Source of the DNA: Candidatus Babeliales bacterium
Lineage (GTDB): Bacteria; Babelota; Babeliae; Babelales; Vermiphilaceae
NCBI GenBank assembly: GCA_044451405.1
Contig: JBIOKB010000019.1
Location: 1 to 19,444 of the forward strand
Direction: 5' to 3'
Length of the DNA: 19,444 nt
Part shown: in pieces, positions 8,006 through 16,365 of the stretch
How the letters are laid out: each line of letters starts with the position of its first letter
Numbering within the stretch: position 1 is the first letter of the stretch
Notes under the pieces: generated by a model
What the model was told of the DNA's origin: nothing
Databases searched by the model: none
What the model saw: only the letters and a program-made list of their open reading frames with translations
Program-made: the position numbers and the translations under genes

Positions 8006-8056
8006 TGACCAATTCCTAAAGCAATGGGGACTATGCCATCTGAAATATAATTCTTT

Positions 8057-8084
8057 ATTTTACTTATAATACGTACTAAGTCTA
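8057..8084 (-). promoter_or_regulatory. Putative sigma70 promoter for gltX
   Basis: TAGACT-N16-TAAAAT upstream of ATG 8005. Confidence 0.35.
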
Positions 8085-8095
8085 GGTAGGAACTT

Positions 8096-8125
8096 TTGAC
8101 ATGGTAAGCTCCATTTTGTTACCTT
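8096..8125 (+). promoter_or_regulatory. Putative sigma70 promoter upstream of the structured leader and acylphosphatase
   Basis: Consensus TTGACA (8096-8101), N18, TACCTT preceded by TGn. Confidence 0.5.
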
Positions 8126-8174
8126 CTTCCCCGTAGTAATGAACCCAGTCTGGTGTGCATGAGCACACTAATTT

Positions 8175-8216
8175 GCTTATCCGGGCTCTCAAGCTCGGTA
8201 GGCTACGGCGGGCAAG
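8175..8216 (+). repeat. Palindromic element, family A, left arm truncated
   Basis: GCTTA-N19-TAGGC-TAC-GGCGGGCAAG; shares TAGGCTACG with the 2358-2411 copy; interior hairpin CCGGGC/GCTCGG. Confidence 0.55.
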
Positions 8217-8272
8217 TATGTGCTAGAAGCGCTTACTTGGCACAAAAAAAAAGGAGTAAGGAGTGAGGGGCA

Positions 8273-8554
8273 ATGATCAAATGTCTTAAAATTGTTATGT
8301 CAGGTTCTTTTCCTGACGGGTTTGCGCGAGAATTTATTCAAAAACATGCACGCAATTTAGATCTTGAAGGAATTGCGCAAGCATTACCGGATGGTACCAT
8401 TCGGGTTCTGGTCTGCGGTCTTAAAGATCCGGTGGATCATTTTCTTGATGCGCTCCATAAAGGAGAGGGGAAGGTGATACCTGAAATGGTTGAGGTTGAG
8501 CCGTTTGTTAAGGATAGGGATTTTAGAGGGGTGTTTAGGGTCCTCGAGGGATAA
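8273..8554 (+). CDS. acyP: Acylphosphatase-family protein with degenerate active site
   Basis: 93 aa; LEGIAQALPDGTIRVLVCG fits the acylphosphatase fold pattern, but GxVQGVGFR reads GSFPDGFAR. Confidence 0.7.
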   Translation: MIKCLKIVMSGSFPDGFAREFIQKHARNLDLEGIAQALPDGTIRVLVCGLKDPVDHFLDALHKGEGKVIPEMVEVEPFVKDRDFRGVFRVLEG

Positions 8555-8559
8555 GCGTT

Positions 8560-8585
8560 AAGAGGTGTTGTGCGGTACACCTCTT
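8560..8585. other. Intergenic hairpin
   Basis: 9-bp perfect inverted repeat AAGAGGTGT / ACACCTCTT after the acyP stop; no U-tract, so a terminator role is uncertain. Confidence 0.5.
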
Positions 8586-8650
8586 CAAAAACCTCAATTA
8601 TGCTATGCTAATGAGCATTAATTCATCCATTTTTTGCTCACTTGGTATAC

Positions 8651-11539
8651 ATGCACCGTTTGTTTCTTTATATAATCACATGCACATATTTTTTAACGGT
8701 ATCAGCAACACCAGCTGATACCATCATTTATATTTCAGCACATGATGATGGTGCTGCGTGTATCACCAAGCACATCAGTGAGCCTTTTTATCTTGAAGAA
8801 TTAACGTGGGAAAGTGATGCACAGATGCAATCATCTGAATTTAAGTATTTAGTTGATATTGCTGAGCATGCGATGGTGAGTCCAGAGGATCTGGTACGAG
8901 CAGTTACGTATTTACATAAAAAAAATAAATTTGAGCGCATTGTGCTTACCCTACAAGGTCCGAATGATAAAAAAGAACTACACATGGAATTGGAGGCGGC
9001 GTGGACGTTTAAGCGGCTGAAGTTGCACGGTTTTATGCTTGGTAAAGAAGCGTATCGCCATTGCTATGGATTAGAACCAGGTGAGCGATTTGATAAAAAA
9101 AAGCATGAGCATGGGATTGCTGCAATTAAACAAGCATTACATGATCAAGGCTATGTGCATGCGCAGGTGACCACAACCTGTGATTATGATGATATCAATA
9201 AATCGGTAACGGTGCATGTAACGCTTGCTCGAGGAGCATGCTATACGTTTGGAGCATTACACGTTGTGGTACAGGCAGACAAGCAGGTTGAGCCGCACGA
9301 ATATGAGTATATGCGCGTGCAGTTGGGCAAAAAGGCCCGCGCATTAGTGGCAAAACAACCGTATACACAAGAGAGTCTTGCAACTATGGTGCAGCGGTTG
9401 CGCCGATTTTTAGCTGAGCAAGGATTTTTGCATGTGTCTCTTGATACGCAAGAACAGATTAATCATCACAAAGAAACGGTTGATCTTACTATAACCGTAG
9501 ATCTTCATCGCAAAAAAGAGTGTGTATTTATGGGTAACCATGATATTACCCGTGAAGAACTCTTTGACGCGCTCTTATTATTTGGTGACGCACTCTGGAT
9601 GGTTCCTGCTTCTATGATTCAAGAAGAACTTACGCAGGTGTATCACGCACGTGGTTTTTTGCAGGCACACATTCAAGTACATGAAGATGAAACGCATTAT
9701 ACCTGCATTATCGATGAGGGCGAGCGGGCACATATTGATGCCATACGCTATAATCATGTGCAGTGGTATAACCATGATCACCTCACTACTACTTATGGTA
9801 GTAAAGTGCTTAATCACTATTATGATGAACAGGTCGTACAACAATTTGTGCATGATGTCATAAGCGCATATATCCGTGATGGGTTTTTAGATGCACGCAT
9901 GGTAAAAACAAGCTGTATTGCTCATCCTACACAACCTGACCATTACACACTTTCATTAACTATTGATGAAGGGAATCAAGCCCATATTGCATCAACAACG
10001 CTTGATCAATTTCCTGAGCTGAGTAGTCGCGCGCCATTTGTTTCTGATACACAGCTTGTATGTACGCAACACCAGTTAGAGGAGCAGCGTCTTTTTTTGC
10101 TCGAGCATTGTCATCAGGCAGGGTATTTGAAAGCGCAGATTAATCCTGAATTACGCCGTGTAGGAACTGATGTCCATGTACATTGGAAAGTTCAACTGCA
10201 ACCTGATACGCGCACCTTTGGTAAGACGATTTTGGTAACTGATACTAACTTTCCTTTTGAATATATTACACGAGAATTGCGCTATAACGAGGGTGAAGTT
10301 TGGGATGATTATAAAGTACAAGAATCCCTTGAGCGCTTAAAAGCCTTAGATATATTCGAGTCGGTTCATCTGTATCCAGCAGTGGGCTCTCGGCAGCAGG
10401 GCGAGCAGCCCATGATACTCAAAGTATATGAAGATGATCCGTATGAACTGCGAACCCGGCTTGGATTTGGTCTTCAAAACGTTGACCCGCGATTAAAATT
10501 TGCAGGGGTTACCTATATTATTGGTGCTACTGCTCTTGCGCGTAACGTAGGTAATCATGCAGGAGTTGTTCAGGCAGATGTCGATATCACTCGCTTGCAG
10601 CGCAACTTTCAACTCCGGTATGTACGCCCGTGGCTTTTTAATAAACCGATAAAAACAGAGCTGCAAGGATATAGTAACCACTACTGGCAGCCCGGTTTTG
10701 TAGGTATTCGCACCAAGTTGTATGAAGTGGTACAACATGGATTCTTGCTTGAACTCACCCGTTTTATTAATACCATACGGTTAGGTCTTGTGACCGGTAT
10801 TGATGGGGTTAAAACAGTTATGTCATCTGATGAGCGGATAAATGCATATGCCGCAAAAATTGCCCACGCCATTAACTTTAAACCCCGATTGATTGATAAA
10901 ACCGTAGCCTATTTAATTGTACAACCTACCTTGGTAGCCAATTATGTTGATGATAATTTAAATCCGCGCCAGGGTTCATTAACCGTTGCTACGCTCAAAG
11001 GAGTAATACCGCTTAATCGGCGCCATGAGGTGCCGCCATATCTTAAAGTTCTGTTAGAGCAATCATTATTTATCCCCGTTGACCCGCTGGTTATTGCATT
11101 CCGTGCACGTGTCGGGCATATTTTCCGTGCCGATTTTAGTAGCCTTATGCCCAATGATCGTTTTTACTTAGGCGGGGCAAACTCGATACGCAGCTATGAA
11201 TCAGATTTATGCCCTCCGGTGGGTATTTTTGAAAATGATAAAGGGAGAAAGCAAGTAGTACCGCAGGGGGGTAAAACGATGGCTAATATTAACGTTGAGC
11301 TACGCTTTCCCTTGCTGTATAAAAACATGAGCGCGGTGGCTTTTCAGGATTTAGGGATTCTTTCGAGCAATAAGCTCACTAAAATACATGCTAAAAATAT
11401 ACTTGCTGCTACGGGCTTTGGCTTGCGTTTAAATACCCCTATTGGCCCGTTACGCTTTGATATAGGGTGGAAGTGGAAGTGTGATGACCTGTACACGCAT
11501 AACTATGCGTGGTTTTTAACATTCGGCAACGCGTTTTGA
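8651..11539 (+). CDS. Omp85-family outer-membrane assembly protein (TamA/BamA-like) with multiple POTRA domains
   Basis: Signal peptide from ATG 8651 (alternative TTG 8642), repeated POTRA-like GY/GF..A.V motifs, DRFYLGGANSIRSY, GFGLRLNTPIGPLRFDIG, terminal FGNAF. Confidence 0.92.
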   Translation: MHRLFLYIITCTYFLTVSATPADTIIYISAHDDGAACITKHISEPFYLEELTWESDAQMQSSEFKYLVDIAEHAMVSPEDLVRAVTYLHKKNKFERIVLTLQGPNDKKELHMELEAAWTFKRLKLHGFMLGKEAYRHCYGLEPGERFDKKKHEHGIAAIKQALHDQGYVHAQVTTTCDYDDINKSVTVHVTLARGACYTFGALHVVVQADKQVEPHEYEYMRVQLGKKARALVAKQPYTQESLATMVQRLRRFLAEQGFLHVSLDTQEQINHHKETVDLTITVDLHRKKECVFMGNHDITREELFDALLLFGDALWMVPASMIQEELTQVYHARGFLQAHIQVHEDETHYTCIIDEGERAHIDAIRYNHVQWYNHDHLTTTYGSKVLNHYYDEQVVQQFVHDVISAYIRDGFLDARMVKTSCIAHPTQPDHYTLSLTIDEGNQAHIASTTLDQFPELSSRAPFVSDTQLVCTQHQLEEQRLFLLEHCHQAGYLKAQINPELRRVGTDVHVHWKVQLQPDTRTFGKTILVTDTNFPFEYITRELRYNEGEVWDDYKVQESLERLKALDIFESVHLYPAVGSRQQGEQPMILKVYEDDPYELRTRLGFGLQNVDPRLKFAGVTYIIGATALARNVGNHAGVVQADVDITRLQRNFQLRYVRPWLFNKPIKTELQGYSNHYWQPGFVGIRTKLYEVVQHGFLLELTRFINTIRLGLVTGIDGVKTVMSSDERINAYAAKIAHAINFKPRLIDKTVAYLIVQPTLVANYVDDNLNPRQGSLTVATLKGVIPLNRRHEVPPYLKVLLEQSLFIPVDPLVIAFRARVGHIFRADFSSLMPNDRFYLGGANSIRSYESDLCPPVGIFENDKGRKQVVPQGGKTMANINVELRFPLLYKNMSAVAFQDLGILSSNKLTKIHAKNILAATGFGLRLNTPIGPLRFDIGWKWKCDDLYTHNYAWFLTFGNAF

Positions 11540-11550
11540 GCTTTGCGAAA

Positions 11551-11604
11551 CCCTTCGAAGCCTTTACATCTTTTGCTTATCTTCGTAGGGAAGGCGTAGT
11601 AGGG
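11551..11604 (-). repeat. Palindromic element, family A, intergenic
   Basis: Minus strand CCCTAC-TAC-GCCTT-N26-AAGGC-TTC-GAAGGG (54 nt), same geometry as 2358-2411. Confidence 0.8.
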
Positions 11605-11633
11605 CTAAAATCCCAATTTTAGCTTTATTTTTT
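11604..11633 (+). terminator. Possible intrinsic terminator after the Omp85 gene
   Basis: GCTAAAAT / ATTTTAGC 8-bp stem followed by TTTATTTTTT; the stem is AT-rich. Confidence 0.5.
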
Positions 11634-11713
11634 GTGAAAAAGATTTAATGTATTAGATAATCAACGTATAACCTTTCCGTAAATGGACATAGGGACACCC
11701 ACAAGGAGTTTTA

Positions 11714-12409
11714 ATGGATACTCATTTTAACGATGAACAACATTATCATGAGCACGGACATTCACTAATACAAGAGATTATGTACCATCTGCCGTATGCT
11801 ATTTTTTCAGTAGCATTTGGGCTAGCGGCACTGAGTTTTTTGGTTTATCAGGCATTTTTAGCAGGCGCTACTGATGATTCAATCTGCAATGGCTCTGAGG
11901 TCCTTTTTCACAGTTTCCATTTTATGCATATTGTATTTGCCGCTACAGGTACCGTGCTTACGTACTTTAGATTTTCAAAGAACATATTCAAAGGACTGTG
12001 CACCGGAGCATTATGCGCGTCTTTCTTTTGTACTTTGTCAGATGCTATTTTGCCGTATATTGGTGGTACATTAATGGGCGTGCATATGCATTTGCATCTT
12101 TGCTTTGTAACAGAACTCCATAACATTCTTCCTTTTTTATTTGTAGGTCTTTTAAATGGATTTTTATTGAGCCGTCACCATGAGTCAAAACAAGCCCTTT
12201 ATTCTCTTTTTTCCCATTTTATTCATATTTTGATTAGCTCATTTGCTTCTATTTTTTATTTGGTATCCCAGGGATGTACCAATTGGTATACCAACATAGG
12301 CATAGTATTTCTATTTTTAGTTGTTGGGGTTGTAGTACCGTGTACGTTATCTGACGTGGTCGTACCTATGGCATTTGCACGGGTGGGTAAAAAACATGCG
12401 AAGCATTAA
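11714..12409 (+). CDS. His-rich polytopic membrane protein with internal duplication (231 aa)
   Basis: AAGGAG RBS, about 6-7 hydrophobic segments, two HFxH and two CTLSD motifs; overlaps the potA start. Confidence 0.8.
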   Translation: MDTHFNDEQHYHEHGHSLIQEIMYHLPYAIFSVAFGLAALSFLVYQAFLAGATDDSICNGSEVLFHSFHFMHIVFAATGTVLTYFRFSKNIFKGLCTGALCASFFCTLSDAILPYIGGTLMGVHMHLHLCFVTELHNILPFLFVGLLNGFLLSRHHESKQALYSLFSHFIHILISSFASIFYLVSQGCTNWYTNIGIVFLFLVVGVVVPCTLSDVVVPMAFARVGKKHAKH

Positions 12410-13553
12410 AATAGAACATGTTAAAAAGTCATTCCATGGGGAACTGATTCTTGAGAATCTTAATCTTACCATTCCCAGTGGTAAGTTTTTTGCTTTGTTA
12501 GGTCCAAGTGGAAGCGGTAAAACCACCGTATTGCGTCTTATTGCAGGGTTTGAACAACCAGATGCAGGCCGTATTTTTTTGGGCAATCATGATATTACCA
12601 TGATGCCTATTAATGAGCGGCGCATTAATACCGTATTTCAACATTATGCATTGTTTCCGCACATGAATGTGTTTGATAATGTTGCGTATGGATTGCGTAT
12701 CAAAAAAGTTCCGCATGATGTGATTGAGCAAAAAGTAGTAAAAATATTACGTGCCGTGCATTTAGAAAAACAGATTTATAAATCGATTCACCAGTTATCC
12801 GGTGGCCAACAACAACGGGTAGCATTAGCACGCGCTATTGTTAATGAGCCTGAGGTATTGCTCCTTGATGAACCGCTGGCAGCACTTGATGTTAAATTGC
12901 GTGAGGCCATGCTTTTGGAATTAATTGAATTGCAAGATACGTTAAAAACAACGTTCGTATATGTAACGCATGATCAGCTTGAAGCGCTTACCGTAGCAGA
13001 TTATATGGCTATCATGAATCAAGATGGTGAAATTGAACAAGTGGGTACGCCAAAAGAAATTTATGAATTTCCGGTGTCATCATTTGTTGCAACGTTTGTT
13101 GGTTCTACCAACTTATTCCAAGGGACCTTGCAGTTACAGGATGGTTCACCAAAAATAGAGGTGCCTGGATTAGGCTTGTTTGAAATTTCGCTCCATAAAA
13201 ATCCGTCCCTCTTCGTTCTTACTAACGAAGCAAAACCTCAGGAAGTGTTAAACTTCGCCGGACTAAAGAGAGATTGGGTTACTGAAGGGCGGCGTATCGT
13301 GATGAGTATACGTCCTGAGAAATTTGAGATCAGCAAACAACCATTGCAGGGATTTTCTAACTGTTTAAAAGGTACGGTTAAATCAATTGTGTATCATGGT
13401 CGGTCTACCCAATATAATGTACGGTTATCTAATGATATGATCGTGCAAGTATTTGAACAAAATGAGGAGCATTTCCCTCAAGAAGTAATCGATTATGATG
13501 ATACGGTGTATTTGTACTGGCAAAAAGAAAATGTGGTGTTATTAGAGCGATGA
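12396..13553 (+). CDS. potA: Spermidine/putrescine ABC transporter ATP-binding protein
   Basis: Walker A GPSGSGKT, VFQHYALFPHM, LSGGQQQRVALARA, LLLDEP, C-terminal TOBE-like region. Start set at ATG 12396. Confidence 0.93.
   Translation: MRSIKIEHVKKSFHGELILENLNLTIPSGKFFALLGPSGSGKTTVLRLIAGFEQPDAGRIFLGNHDITMMPINERRINTVFQHYALFPHMNVFDNVAYGLRIKKVPHDVIEQKVVKILRAVHLEKQIYKSIHQLSGGQQQRVALARAIVNEPEVLLLDEPLAALDVKLREAMLLELIELQDTLKTTFVYVTHDQLEALTVADYMAIMNQDGEIEQVGTPKEIYEFPVSSFVATFVGSTNLFQGTLQLQDGSPKIEVPGLGLFEISLHKNPSLFVLTNEAKPQEVLNFAGLKRDWVTEGRRIVMSIRPEKFEISKQPLQGFSNCLKGTVKSIVYHGRSTQYNVRLSNDMIVQVFEQNEEHFPQEVIDYDDTVYLYWQKENVVLLER
13202..13262 (+). repeat. Palindromic element, family A variant, inside the potA CDS
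   Basis: TCCGTC(CCTC)-TTC-GTT-N33-AAC-TTC-GCCGGA, with alternative perfect stem CTTCGTT/AACGAAG (13211-13230). Confidence 0.55.
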
Positions 13554-14401
13554 AACATGAACTAAAACAATTAGTACAACAAGAAATAGCGTGGTTTTTG
13601 GCAGTTCCTGCTTTTTTATGGCAGCTGCTGTTTTTTTGTATCCCGTTGCTCTTTATCCTCGTATTGAGTGTTGTTGATGATACGTATCAGATAACTACCG
13701 CACACATCGCTTCCGTTATTAATGGTGAATCGGCACATATTATTATTCGTTCATTATGTCTCGCGTTAGTAAATGCCTCGTTGTGTGCAATTATTGCCTA
13801 TCCACTTGCGTATCATCTTGTGTTTAACGTTATCCGCTGGCGTACTACGCTCCTCTTTTTTTTAATGTTGCCTTTTTGGACTAATTTATTGGTTCAAGTA
13901 TATGCATGGTTTTTTCTCCTTGATACGTATGGGATGATTAATACGATACTCCTTTCATTGGGCATGCTGTCTAAACCACTCCATATGCTTAATACACCGT
14001 TTGCCGTGTATCTGGTGATGATATTTTATTACCTTCCCTTTATGGTAATGCCCCTCTATGCAAGTTTAGAAAAATGTGATCGGCGCTTATTTGAAGCGTC
14101 AGCTGATTTGGGTGCAACGCCGTGGGAAACATTTATACGGGTAACACTTCCCTTATCGCTATCAGGAATTAGAACCGGATTTTTTCTCGTATTTGTTCCT
14201 TCGTTTGGTGAGTATGTAATTCCGATGCTTATGGGCGGTGGTAAACAATTGTATGTTGGTTCATTAATTTCACACTATTTTTTAGTAGTGAAAGATGCTC
14301 ATGTAGGAGCGGCATTTACCTGTGTAACGGGCGTTGTTCTTTTAGTAAGCGCATTGATTATGCTCTTTCTCTTTAAACAAAAAGTAGTAAAAGGAGGGTA
14401 A
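13550..14401 (+). CDS. potB: Polyamine ABC transporter permease
   Basis: LPFWTNLLV, EASADLGA (EAA loop), GEYVIPMLMGG; ATGA overlap with potA. Confidence 0.92.
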   Translation: MKHELKQLVQQEIAWFLAVPAFLWQLLFFCIPLLFILVLSVVDDTYQITTAHIASVINGESAHIIIRSLCLALVNASLCAIIAYPLAYHLVFNVIRWRTTLLFFLMLPFWTNLLVQVYAWFFLLDTYGMINTILLSLGMLSKPLHMLNTPFAVYLVMIFYYLPFMVMPLYASLEKCDRRLFEASADLGATPWETFIRVTLPLSLSGIRTGFFLVFVPSFGEYVIPMLMGGGKQLYVGSLISHYFLVVKDAHVGAAFTCVTGVVLLVSALIMLFLFKQKVVKGG

Positions 14402-14402
14402 T

Positions 14403-15200
14403 ATGGGACGTTTCATGCGCTCAAAGAGTGCTTCCTATTATACATTAACTGCATGTGTAGCTGCAGCATACATTTTCTTATACATGCCCATTATTATTTT
14501 GATTCTTTTTTCCTTTAATAATTCTTTATTTCCGTATGCATGGAAAGGATTTACTCTGCGCTGGTATGCAGCGTTATGGGAATCAACTGAAGTGTGGGAT
14601 GCGCTCAGAAATTCAGTTATAGTGGCGTTTTCCGCAGTTTTTTTAAGTGTTACGTTTGGTGTGTTGGTGGTGTATTACAGTAGTCGCAGCTTTTTAGCGC
14701 GATTGCTCATTATTTTTTATGGGACGTTGGCGGTGCCAGAAATTGTTATTGCAGCAGGTCTGCTCAGTGTTTTTGTAGGCATGTTTGTTCCGCTCGGTCT
14801 TACTACCTTAATTGTTGCCCATACGCTCTTAGGGATTGGCTATGTTATACCACTGGTGCACACGCGCTTTGCTGAGCTTAATTATGCACTGACTGAAGCA
14901 TCATTAGATTTAGGTGCTACCCGCACACAAACATTTTTTACTATTATTTTACCGCTCCTTTCGCAAGTAATTATTGCAGCATCATTATTAGTTTTTGTTA
15001 TTTCACTGGATGATTTTTTATTGGCCTTTTTCTGCGCTGGTGCTACCACACAAACATTGCCTATGTATATTTTTTCTATGATTCGTTCAGGAGCAACTCC
15101 GTTGGTTAATGCACTGTCAACGGTACTTTTATTAATAAGCTCGTTGCTCGTACTTATTTTTTCATCATTAAATGTTAAAAAAGCGGATATGTTGTCATGA
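14403..15200 (+). CDS. potC: Polyamine ABC transporter permease
   Basis: FLYMPI..LILFSFN, GFTLRWY, EASLDLGA, SLDDF, TLPMYIFS. Confidence 0.92.
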   Translation: MGRFMRSKSASYYTLTACVAAAYIFLYMPIIILILFSFNNSLFPYAWKGFTLRWYAALWESTEVWDALRNSVIVAFSAVFLSVTFGVLVVYYSSRSFLARLLIIFYGTLAVPEIVIAAGLLSVFVGMFVPLGLTTLIVAHTLLGIGYVIPLVHTRFAELNYALTEASLDLGATRTQTFFTIILPLLSQVIIAASLLVFVISLDDFLLAFFCAGATTQTLPMYIFSMIRSGATPLVNALSTVLLLISSLLVLIFSSLNVKKADMLS

Positions 15201-16249
15201 TGGAACTGCGTGTACTCACTATGCGTATTACTATGGTTGGCGTGTGGCTTGTAGCTTTTGCTGCATGGTTATATGCGCCATTGTTATTTCAGCGTTGGCA
15301 GCGTACGCAAAGTTTAAACATATTGATATGGCCGACCATGCTGGACGCAAAAAAACTTGCAGAGTTTGAACATAACACCGGCATAAAATTATATATCAGC
15401 TACTATGAAAGTAATGATGAATTAGTGCGTAAATTACGGGTGACCAAGGGAGCGCAGTATGATCTTGTTATAGCCGCTGATACGGCAGTACACGCACTCA
15501 TACAGGAGAAGTTAGTGCAACCAATTGATACCAACAAGCTGTCATTTTATAGCGATGTGCGTCCGTGGTTGTTGCATCATTATTTTGATCCGAACAATCG
15601 CTATTCAGTTCCCTATTACATGAGTATGTATGGGCTTGGTATTGATCGGCGTTATTTTAAAGAGCTCCCGTCAGCAAGCTGGGCACTGTTGTTTGAAAAT
15701 AACGGATATCGAATTACCATGACCGATGATCCGCGTCGAGCGCTATTAATAGCAGCTAACTATCTGTTTGGATCATTTGATGATCTTGATAACCCAGAGC
15801 GTATAGCAGATATTAAGCATCTATTATTGCAGCAAAAAAAATGGGTTGAACTATATAGTGATATTCGTGGAGAAGAAGTATTAGCAGCACAAAGTTGTCC
15901 GGTAGCATTAACGATTAGTTCAGATTTAACACGTGTGCAGCGGGAATACCCAACCTTGCAGTTTTTGATTCCGCAAGAAGGCACGTTTATGACCATTGAT
16001 TCCTGCATTATTCCGGTAGCAACCTCTAAACAGGAGTTGGTATATCAATTGCTTAATGTTATCTACCAACCTGATATGATTCGCTATCATGCTGATAAAT
16101 ATGGATTTTGTCCGCCACTAAAAAGTGTGGCACCCGCTGAACATATTATATGTCCTGATGAACAGCAATTGAAACAGATAGATTTTTTTAGAAATGTAGT
16201 TCCCAAAGATGTGATTGATAAACTTTGGGTAGCAGTTATGGCCCATTAG
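15197..16249 (+). CDS. potD: Polyamine ABC transporter substrate-binding protein
   Basis: FEHNTGIK...YYESNDEL, YDLV, FDPNNRYSVPY, SWALLF, IPQEG; N-terminal hydrophobic anchor; last gene of the operon. Confidence 0.88.
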   Translation: MMELRVLTMRITMVGVWLVAFAAWLYAPLLFQRWQRTQSLNILIWPTMLDAKKLAEFEHNTGIKLYISYYESNDELVRKLRVTKGAQYDLVIAADTAVHALIQEKLVQPIDTNKLSFYSDVRPWLLHHYFDPNNRYSVPYYMSMYGLGIDRRYFKELPSASWALLFENNGYRITMTDDPRRALLIAANYLFGSFDDLDNPERIADIKHLLLQQKKWVELYSDIRGEEVLAAQSCPVALTISSDLTRVQREYPTLQFLIPQEGTFMTIDSCIIPVATSKQELVYQLLNVIYQPDMIRYHADKYGFCPPLKSVAPAEHIICPDEQQLKQIDFFRNVVPKDVIDKLWVAVMAH

Positions 16250-16265
16250 TATCTACGTGACCCAG

Positions 16266-16313
16266 CCGTCGCCTGCAACAGAATAACTATGCAGTTTAAC
16301 TTGGCTATGGCGG
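16266..16313 (+). repeat. Palindromic element, family A variant, intergenic
   Basis: CCGTC-GCC-N29-GGC-TAT-GGCGG with one-sided TAT bulge; interior TGCA/TGCA stem. Confidence 0.65.
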
Positions 16314-16365
16314 GCTACGGAACTGATGAGGCAAGGGTTAATTTAGTTACGAGAAAGTATGCATT

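Noticed and set aside
8140-8170. SRP RNA or 6S RNA (GAACC..GTC.GG...AGCA resemblance)
   Set aside because: Lacks the CAGG-stem-GNRA-stem-AGCAG core of SRP helix 8, and the paired region is too short for 6S RNA.
2358-16313. CRISPR-like reading of constant arms with 26-nt variable interiors
   Set aside because: Copies are dispersed singly, arms are not identical, there is no tandem repeat-spacer periodicity and no cas gene.
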